Positions 40,001-48,365 of a stretch of 64,000 nucleotides of DNA are shown one piece after another. A program made the position numbers and the translations under genes. Each line of letters opens with the position of its first letter. Within the stretch, counting starts at the first letter, position 1. Source of the DNA: Bispira polyomma (Eukaryota); the NCBI GenBank assembly GCA_965649765.1, contig OZ287756.1:36208001-36272000 (forward strand). Direction: 5' to 3'. The notes under the pieces were generated by a model. It worked only from the letters and a program-made list of their open reading frames with translations, did not search any database and was not told the DNA's origin.

Positions 40001-41182
40001 TGATGTTCGAGAGCACAAAAGAATTTGGTAGGTCTTTCACCTTTGACTAGCCATTGAACCCGGGATCTTATCTTTTGACCTTTTATGGCCTTATTTCTTA
40101 ATATCTCAAGTTCTTGTTTTTTATCATTTATCAAATCCAAATTTTCAGGCATTTGACCTTCCAACGGTTCAATTTCTCTTACAAGCAATTTTTCAGCTGT
40201 GACGTTTTTACGTTTTGTCAAACTTGAATATTTAATGGTTTCTCCTCTTATTCTAAGCAGGAGTGTCTCCAGAAAAAGATCATCAGATATTGTTAATTGT
40301 TTTTCACTAACTGCGATGTCATAAAATTTTTCAACATTATACACTGGAATGGCATTTTTTAGTTCTTCTTCAAGAATATATTTGTTAATCAAGCACAAAT
40401 AGTCTTTATCCTTTAACAAAATCACAGTTTAGCTTCCACAAACCCCTTCCTCTTTGAAATTTATTGATTAAAATATGTAGTTGTATCATTGAATGATCGG
40501 ACCTGTATCCAGGTTTAATATCTACTGCACTTATTAAATCAGACAAAGATAACGAGACAATGATATAATCCAATCTGGCCTGTTTGATAGGATTTTTCCT
40601 GCGCCAAGTATAACACTTTATTTCTGGATGAAAATAGCGGAAAATATCAACCAAATTGTATTTTGTTATAGTATTTAAAACTAGATTTCTATTTTTTGGA
40701 TTGTTCAAATTGATGTAGTTGTAACTGTCCAAATCTGGGTCCAGGATCAAATTAAAATCCCCACACCAAATAACATAGTCTTGTTCAGATTTGTCTATGT
40801 AGTTTTCGACTGATGTAAAGAATGGCTCATTTTCTGTGTTGGGGGCATATATATTAATTAATCGGATCTTAATATCACTTATTTTCATATCCAGTATAAT
40901 CATGTTGGATTCCTCGTCCTTAATGACATTTAAAATTTCGTATTCAAAATTATTTCGAAGTAATATTGCAACTCCTCGCTCATTACTACGATCACCATTT
41001 AAAATTATATCTCCATCCCAACAATTCAAAATATTTAGTTCGTCCGATTTAACTAAATGTGTATCTTGTAAACACATAATATTCACCATTGTATCTTTTA
41101 AATAGTTTAGGACGTCATATCTCTTTTCCTTGTTAGCTAGTCCCTGGCAATTTAGGGATATTAACTTTAGTCTTTCTCCCAT
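37076..41182 (-). pseudogene. L1/Tx1 ORF2 (APE endonuclease - reverse transcriptase - CCHC), disrupted
   Basis: APE motifs ISLNCQGL, CLQDTH, NIYAPN, GDFN, RLDY, SDH. RT motifs NWRPLS, DFEKAFDS, GCRQGDPISP, QFADD. Zinc knuckle CARC..ETLTHMFVEC. Lesions: frameshifts near 40420 and 39430, in-frame stops at 38298 and 38022, and an insertion at 37162-37452. The true C-terminus DEFLIYQLQDKAENFKTSWTKWEAIFSL* ends at 37076. Start could be 41182 or 41200. Confidence 0.95.
37162..37452 (+). mobile_element. Penelope-like element 3' fragment (C-terminal half of GIY-YIG endonuclease)
   Basis: Translates RQRMYEH..PVSRHF..HS..MEFSI..RRRQELYYIWSLPTLYP/(+1 frameshift)TGINVFV*, the typical PLE GIY-YIG tail. 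Flanked by a 16-bp direct repeat tatattaaaaattcat at 37146-37161 and 37453-37468. Confidence 0.85.
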
Positions 41183-41759
41183 TCTATAATTATTGTACAT
41201 ATTAACCGATAACTATAAGTGGGGAGCCTCTACACGAATTGCTTCTAGAATAACCAAATGTTTCAAATGCCTCAGTTGTAAATGTGACAACACGTTATTT
41301 GCAATATCAGGATTATTTATGAGCTCACATATAATTCTTTCATACAGATATAAAATTAATTTCAACATATCTTGGCTTTTGGCACAATCCTTGTAATAAT
41401 ATACACATTTTTGAAGTGTTTTGAATGATACTTTTGCAGGTGACTACAACCCTATGGAACTCAACATATTCTATGTAGTAACAGTGTAACAAGCTTAATG
41501 TAATAGAGGACATTTGCACAAATTGATTAAAAATACATACACTTAAACATACAAAAATAAAAAACATAAATAGAGGAATAGTACTGACAGGAGTATATGC
41601 GAGTTACTGTGTAAAATATAGCCAAGCTAGGTTTCCTATCGGGCATTTTCAAATTAAAATGTCATACTAATCCTTTTAGAATTAAATTTATTGTCAACAT
41701 CAGTCCAACTTAATTGTATCTGAAGAAGCGTTAGTTAAATTAAATCACTAAATTATGGT

Positions 41760-44700
41760 ACAATATGTACTCTGAACCATTGTATTATTTATAAGCACTG
41801 TAAAACTATGTAGATACAATACTACCAGTCAGATTAAAGGCAATATAGATACAATATAGATACAGTTTGGTACAATACAACAAGTTAGGTAACAAGACAA
41901 TATATACTCTAAACCATTGTATTATGTATAGGCACTGTAAACTGCATAGATACAATGCCTTCCAATTGGGTTACAGGCAATATATACTTTGAAGCATTGT
42001 ATTATTTATAAGCACTGTAAACTACATATATACAATACCACCAATAGGGTTACAAGGCAAAATATACTTTTAACGTTTTCAGGTTACAAGGCAATATATA
42101 CTCTGAACCCTATTATTATTTAAAAACACCATCTACTACAAATAGTTTAGTTAGAATACCACCAGTTATATTACAAGGCAATTTTTTTCTCGGACCTATA
42201 GTATTGTTTGTGAACACTGTAAAAACGTAAAGATACAATGTCAGGAGTTGGGTTAGAAGGCAACATACATTCCAAACATTGTATTATTTATCAGAACTAT
42301 AAATGGCATAGATACGTTCTACCAATTAGGTTACAAGGAATGTATATTCCAAACCATTGTATTTTTCAAGCACTGTAATCTACATAGATACCATACTACT
42401 ATTATGGATACATGGCAGTATACACTTAGTCATTGTATTATTTGGAAGCACTGTAAACCACATAGACACAGTAACACCACTTATGTTACAAGGTAGTATA
42501 TACTCTAGGTTACAAGGTAATATATACGCCAAAACATTGTATTATTTATAGACACTGTAAACTACATAGACACAGTACCACTAACTAGGTTACAAGGCAG
42601 TATATACTTTAGGTTTCAAGATAATATGTACGCCGAAATATTGTATTATTTATAAACACTGTGAACTACGTAGACACAATACCACCAACTTGATTACAAG
42701 GAAGTACATACACCGAACTATTGTATTATTTATAAACACTGTAAACTACATACATATACTACCCCCAACTAGGTTACAGGTTATTACCGAACAATACCAC
42801 CAACTAGGTTACAGGTTATTACTGAACAATACCATCAACTAGGTTACAGGTTATTGCCAAACTATTGTATTATTCATAAACACTGCAAACTACATACATA
42901 CACAATACCTCCAACCAGGTTACAGGGAAGTATATACTCTGAACCATTATTATATTTATAAACACTGTAAACCACATCAGGTAGTTAGCTACAATACCAC
43001 CAACCAGGTTACAAGGCAGTACATATACGCCGAACCATTATATTATTTTTAAACACTGTAATCTACATAGATACAATACCACCAACTAGGTTACAAGGCA
43101 GTATATACGTCGAACTATTATATTATTTATAAACACTGTAAACTGCGTAGCTACAAATACCACCAACTAGGTTACAGGGCAGTATATATACGCCGAGCCA
43201 TTTTTTATTTATAAACACTGTAAACTACCTAGATACAATACCACCAACTAGGTTACAAGGCAGTATATACGCCGAACTATTGTATTATTTATAAACACTG
43301 TAAACTGCATAGATACAATACCACCAACTAGGTTACAAGGCAGTAAATACGCCAAGCCATTATACTATTTATAAACACTGTAAACTACCTAGATACAATA
43401 CCACCAACTAGGTTACAAGGCAGTATATATACGCCGAACTATTATATTATTTATAAACACTGTAAACTGCATAGATACAATACCACCAACTAGGTTACAA
43501 GGCAGTAAATACGCCGAGCCATTATATTATTTATAAACACTGTAAACTACATAGATACAATACCACAAAGTAGGTTACAAGGCAGTATATACGCCGAACT
43601 ATTATATTATTTATAAACACTGTAAACTGCATAGATACAATACCACCAACTAGGTTACAAGGCAGTAAATACGCCGAGCCATTATATTATTTATAAACAC
43701 TGTAAACTACCTAGATACAATACCACCAACTAGGTTACAAGGCAGTATATATACGCCGAACTATTATATTATTTATAAACACTGTAAACTGCATAGATAC
43801 AATACCACCAACTAGGTTACAAGGCAGTAAATACGCCGAGCCATTATATTATTTATAAACACTGTAAACTACATAGATACAATACCAAAAACTAGGTTAC
43901 AAGGCAGTATATACGCCGAACTATTATATTATTTGTAACACTGTAACCTACATGAGATAGTTATGTTTCCAGTCAATATATATTCTACACCATTATAATA
44001 TTTTTAGCATTGTGAGCTACCTGGATAAAAGTACAACCAATTAGGTTACAAGGCATGTATACTCTAAACCATTGTGTTATTTAGAAGCACTTTAGACTAC
44101 ATTGATACAATAAGGTTGATATAATCAGGTTACAATACCATATATACTCTAACCCACTGTGTTATTTATCAGCAATGTTATACCTAGATACAAGGCAGTA
44201 GGTTACAAGGCAATATATACTCCTAACTACTGCAGTATTTATAAGCACTGTTAATTACAGATAGATACTACATGTATATCATCAGTCAAGTTTCAAGGCA
44301 AGATGTACTTTAAACCGTTCTATTATTTATAAACACTGTAAACTACATAGATACAATACAACCAGTTTGGTTATGAGGAAGTATATCCTCTAAAAGATTA
44401 TATTATTTATAAACTACATAGATATAATACTACCAGTTAGGTTACTAGGAAATATATACTCTAAACCATTGTATTTTTTATAAGCACTGTAATCCACATA
44501 GATACAGTACCACCGATTAGGTTAAAAGGAATTGTATACTCTGAACCATTGTAATTAGGTTACAGGGAATTATATACTCTATACCATTGTACTAAAAAAT
44601 ACATCAGATACAGCAAATAGTTTAGATACAATACTACTTAGTAGGTTGCAAAGCAATAAAAATACTCCAAACTATTTTATTATTTATAAACAATTTTACT
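41760..44700. repeat. ~80-bp tandem satellite array inside the retrotransposon inter-ORF region
   Basis: Unit gccgaactattatattatttataaacactgtaaactgcatagatacaataccaccaactaggttacaaggcagtatatac. ggttacaagg recurs at 43251, 43331, 43411, 43493, 43573, 43653, 43733, 43815 and 43895. Homogeneous centre, diverged edges. Confidence 0.95.
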
Positions 44701-45254
44701 CTGTGTAATATTTATACATTACACATTAAACTACATTGACCATTTGTCAGATCAGCATTATGCACTATTTAGTTATTGTTCTTGCAATATATAGATTACA
44801 TACACATGTCTGATAAAGACCGTTGCAATCTAGACATAATAGTTTGTACATAAACTCAAATTGTCAACTTTTACTACTAAATAAACTGTATGTAAACCGT
44901 TTTCAAGTACTATTTATATTTAGATCGTTAAATTGTATTGCATAAACAATCAATTATATTTCAATTTTAAATTGCTGGTCGTTATACCTAAGATGAAACA
45001 TACAGGAAACTTCCTTTATATAATGCTACATTTCATTGACATGCAGACACTAATAGCATCTATATACACTTTAATTGTCTATGTTACTTTCCAGGCCTAT
45101 TGGTAATTAAATCCTCTATTTTAATCTAGTGTTCATTTCTGCTACCGATATATATATTACGTAAGCATGCTTGATAGAGATTGTTGTTATACAGACAACA
45201 GTATTACGTACATACGTGTACATATATAAATTATAACAAGATTGTATATGAGTC

Positions 45255-45830
45255 CCCAGTTATGTTACCAATTTCTGTAACAGTAATTATGACCACTAAA
45301 TATGTCTCGTTTTAATATTAATACTGTATTTTTTTAATTTTTTTTTTAAAACTACCATGTCTAATTACTGCAGACATCATTACTATATACATTAACTTTA
45401 ACATTTAAATTGTACTGCACAGTTATGTTACCAATTTCTGTATCAGTAGTTATGACCATACAATAGGTTTCGTTTTAGTTTTAATACTCTATTCTACAGC
45501 AAAATATTTTTTATACTACCATGTCTAATTAATGCAGACATCATTACTATGTACATAAACTTCAACATTTAGATTGTACTGCATAATTACGTTACTTGTA
45601 GCAGTGATTACGAGATCATTACTTTGTACATAAACTTCAACATTTAGATTGTCCTGTATAATTACGTTACCAATTGCTGTAACAATAATCATGACCACTA
45701 TATATGTCTCGTTTTGATTTTTATACTCTATAACAGAAAAACTTTTTTTTTTATACTTCCATTGTCTACTTAATGCAGACCATCTTAACTATGTCCATAA
45801 ACTTCAACATTTAAATCGTACTGCATAGAC
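45255..45830. repeat. ~160-180-bp imperfect tandem repeat, ~3.5 copies, in the inter-ORF region
   Basis: agttatgttaccaatttctgt at 45258 and 45421, with variants at ~45585 and ~45661; recurring tgcagacatcattactat..aacttcaacattta.attgtactgca. Confidence 0.85.
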
Positions 45831-45875
45831 ACAGTATCAAGGTTATATATATACATGATTACAACATATGTAATA

Positions 45876-46038
45876 CAGTTGAACCCCATCATGTTGATTC
45901 TCATAACACCTCCACTCAAGCAGGATTTCCAATTAACAGGGTAGATTTAAAAGGAAAAGGCCCTCATGGGACCTCAAATCTGTCTCCACATAACAGGAAA
46001 AAGGACTCAACAGAGCTCTACCTAAAGGGGCCTGACTG
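45876..46038. mobile_element. pogo/Tigger-like MITE within the retrotransposon spacer
   Basis: ta|cagttgaacccc ... ggggcctgactg|ta. Confidence 0.5.
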
Positions 46039-46473
46039 TACAACCACCATTGCTATATACTACATAATAAAATAATTTTAAATTGTACTACATAAACACA
46101 GTTCCAGAGTTGATTTGAGTTACCAGTTCAGCTGCCAGTTGAATCTGGCTTTTATTATGTCAATTTGTTTTAATGCTCAAATTAATGCGTTATACATTTA
46201 ACTAAATCTAATAAGTTGAGAACATTTCTAGAAATACTGCAAATAAGTTTGTTATGTTCATAACACTTGTTTACTATAAATTTTGGTGCGAGATAGATAT
46301 CTTCAATATAATCGATGCACAAACTTAAAATCATCACTTTTTCATTTAGAAAGACGTACAATTGTACAACAAATAGTAGTTATTTTGAAACTTCATTTAT
46401 TTTTCTTACTGTATTTATATAGGCAGTTCGTAGATTATCATATGATCATATGAAATGATAAAGTTGAAAGTCC

Positions 46474-47679
46474 CTACTTTAATGTCTGTCTCACTCTCAT
46501 TAACGTTTTGCCTGCGAAATTTTTGCCCTTGCACTTCTCTGGGTTAAATACACTATTACTGTGGAGTGAAACTCTACTTCCCCAGTATAAGTCTGTTGGG
46601 CTGGCCTCTACAAGCTGTGTATTACCTGTTGCTAGAAGAAATGCCTGTAAGTGTTCACTCTGACTAAACTTAGCATGCATAGCTTTGAACATGTATTCTT
46701 GCGCTACCTCAGTCCACTTTCCAGTGTTGAATCCCTCGACCTGCTTTCCAATATCTTTGGCTTCTTCTGGGTTTTTTACTTGTAGTATCCTGTTGGCTGC
46801 CACCAGATCCTTAAAGAACATTGCTTTGTTGTACATAAAACATTGTTCAGAGCTTGTAAACAAATGTTCCCCCTCCCTAAACTCTGCTGGATGATGGTTG
46901 CTAAGGGTCGAGTATTTACTGTAGTAAGCAGTTACTCCATTTTTTGTAGGACTGAATATCTTTTCAGGCTGGAGTTCATCATATGGTATTGAAGTGATAT
47001 TACTATCCTTGTATTCTTTTCCACCTAAGATGAAGCTATCAATACACAGTTTGGGTTTCATGTTTGGGCATACTTCCAATGACTTGAAGAAGGTTGGCAG
47101 TATTAATTTTCTACGTTTAATCACTTCTGCAGGGTAATCATCAAAGACACGGATGTTTCTGGATCTCAGTGCAACTTTCTGTTTCATGACATTTATCTTG
47201 TCCTTGAAGTAGTGGAATTTAACCAGGATCTGTCTGGGCTGGTCTCTCACTCTTGGTCCAATGAAATGGACTCTTTCGATATTTCTGGGAACCAGTTCAA
47301 TATCTACCTCACCCAAAAGTTTGATTGTATGGTCTTGTAGATTCACCTCTGGACCTATTCTACACCCTACACATTTCACATTGTTTCTCCTGCTATATGT
47401 CTCGTGTTGGATGATTTTTTCCTTCAATTCCATATTTTCTTTTTTAACTGATGATAGCTCTTGTCTAACTACCTGCAGATTCTGCTCTATTGTTGCTGTT
47501 TTTATTTCTAATTCAGTCACTTTTTTAATCTCATCCATAACATATTGTACTGAATGTTCAATAGTATCCAACTTCTCTAGTTTAGAATTTATTGGATCTA
47601 GTTTATCATCTAATATTTTGGTAATAGACATCACAATATCACTTTTTTCAACTGATCCTCTTGTTCCTTTTGCTGCCAT
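46474..47679 (-). CDS. Retrotransposon ORF1p (coiled coil-RRM-CTD, L1 Transposase_22-like) fused to a C-terminal NADAR (YbiA/DUF1768) domain, 401 aa
   Basis: aa ~20-95 heptad coiled coil. L1 ORF1 motifs YSRRNNV, IERVHFIG, PRQILVKF, VFDDYP..RRKL. aa ~249-401 NADAR motifs LSNHHP, SSEQCFMYNKA, PEEAKDIG, W..M..AKFSQ..L..LLATG, LVEASPTDLYWG, GKNFAGKTLMRVR. Uninterrupted, with a good start context (acgATGg). Confidence 0.93.
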   Translation of the reverse strand: MAAKGTRGSVEKSDIVMSITKILDDKLDPINSKLEKLDTIEHSVQYVMDEIKKVTELEIKTATIEQNLQVVRQELSSVKKENMELKEKIIQHETYSRRNNVKCVGCRIGPEVNLQDHTIKLLGEVDIELVPRNIERVHFIGPRVRDQPRQILVKFHYFKDKINVMKQKVALRSRNIRVFDDYPAEVIKRRKLILPTFFKSLEVCPNMKPKLCIDSFILGGKEYKDSNITSIPYDELQPEKIFSPTKNGVTAYYSKYSTLSNHHPAEFREGEHLFTSSEQCFMYNKAMFFKDLVAANRILQVKNPEEAKDIGKQVEGFNTGKWTEVAQEYMFKAMHAKFSQSEHLQAFLLATGNTQLVEASPTDLYWGSRVSLHSNSVFNPEKCKGKNFAGKTLMRVRQTLK

Positions 47680-47759
47680 CGTTATTAACTTTTACTCAAA
47701 GTTTTTTTTGAAAACTTGCTAATGCTCCACAGCAGGTGATATTTACAACTGAGCAATAA

Positions 47760-48365
47760 TCAGTCACTGGGTATTCTATCCCGAAAATAATTTGGTTCTC
47801 ATTTAATTATTTTAAACAAATTCAGTTGTCATACCTCTGTGGGTCTGGGTAATGTTCAATCCTTTTATATCAACTCAGTATTGGAGTTTTTATTGCATTT
47901 TACTGATAATGTTATGTCAAATAAGTTTCTTCTTTTCCGTAGTTAACAAACAATTTTCACACCTCTTGGACACTGGGTGATGTTCAATCACTTTATATCT
48001 GTCACTGTTCAGTCACTGGGTATTCTATCCAAACAATTAATTTGTTCTCATTTAAATATTTTAAAACAAATTTAGTTATCACACCCCTTTGGGCACTGGG
48101 TATTTTTTAATCCCTTTGTATTAACTTAATACTGAATTTTTAATTAGATATTACTGATAATGTTATTTTAAAAAAGTTTTCTTCTTTCCCATAATCAACA
48201 AAACAGTTTTCACACCTCTTGGACACTGGGTGATGTTCAATCACTTTATATCAATTCAGTACTATACTAGTATAGGTGCTATGCTTAGTCAACGTTTATA
48301 ATACATTTAGCTGATACTGGTATATCAACAAGGTTTTCTTCTGTTCCATAATCAACAAACAGTCC
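47760..48365 (-). repeat. Tandem ~250-bp monomers in the retrotransposon 5' UTR (candidate internal promoter)
   Basis: cagtcactgggtattctatcc at 47761 and 48010; ttttcacacctcttggacactgggtgatgttcaatcactttatatc at ~47954 and ~48207; partial further subunit to ~48365. Confidence 0.85.

Noticed and set aside
41760-44700. Regular array as a possible CRISPR-like locus
   Set aside because: Units are repeated end to end with no unique spacers, and the context is eukaryotic with no cas genes; it is a satellite.
46474-46935. NADAR as bacterial contamination or an independent gene
   Set aside because: It is in frame with L1 ORF1p motifs, has similar base composition, and lies within the element's TSDs.
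46474-47679. Intact ORF1 next to a broken ORF2 as evidence of host domestication
   Set aside because: ORF2 has about 4 point lesions in ~3.8 kb, so only ~1.3 are expected in 1.2 kb and zero is unremarkable. The TSD and UTRs are still those of a young element.
38362-47722. Plus-strand ORFs of 65-153 aa overlapping ORF1/ORF2
   Set aside because: Antisense shadows of the A-rich coding strand with no recognisable domains.
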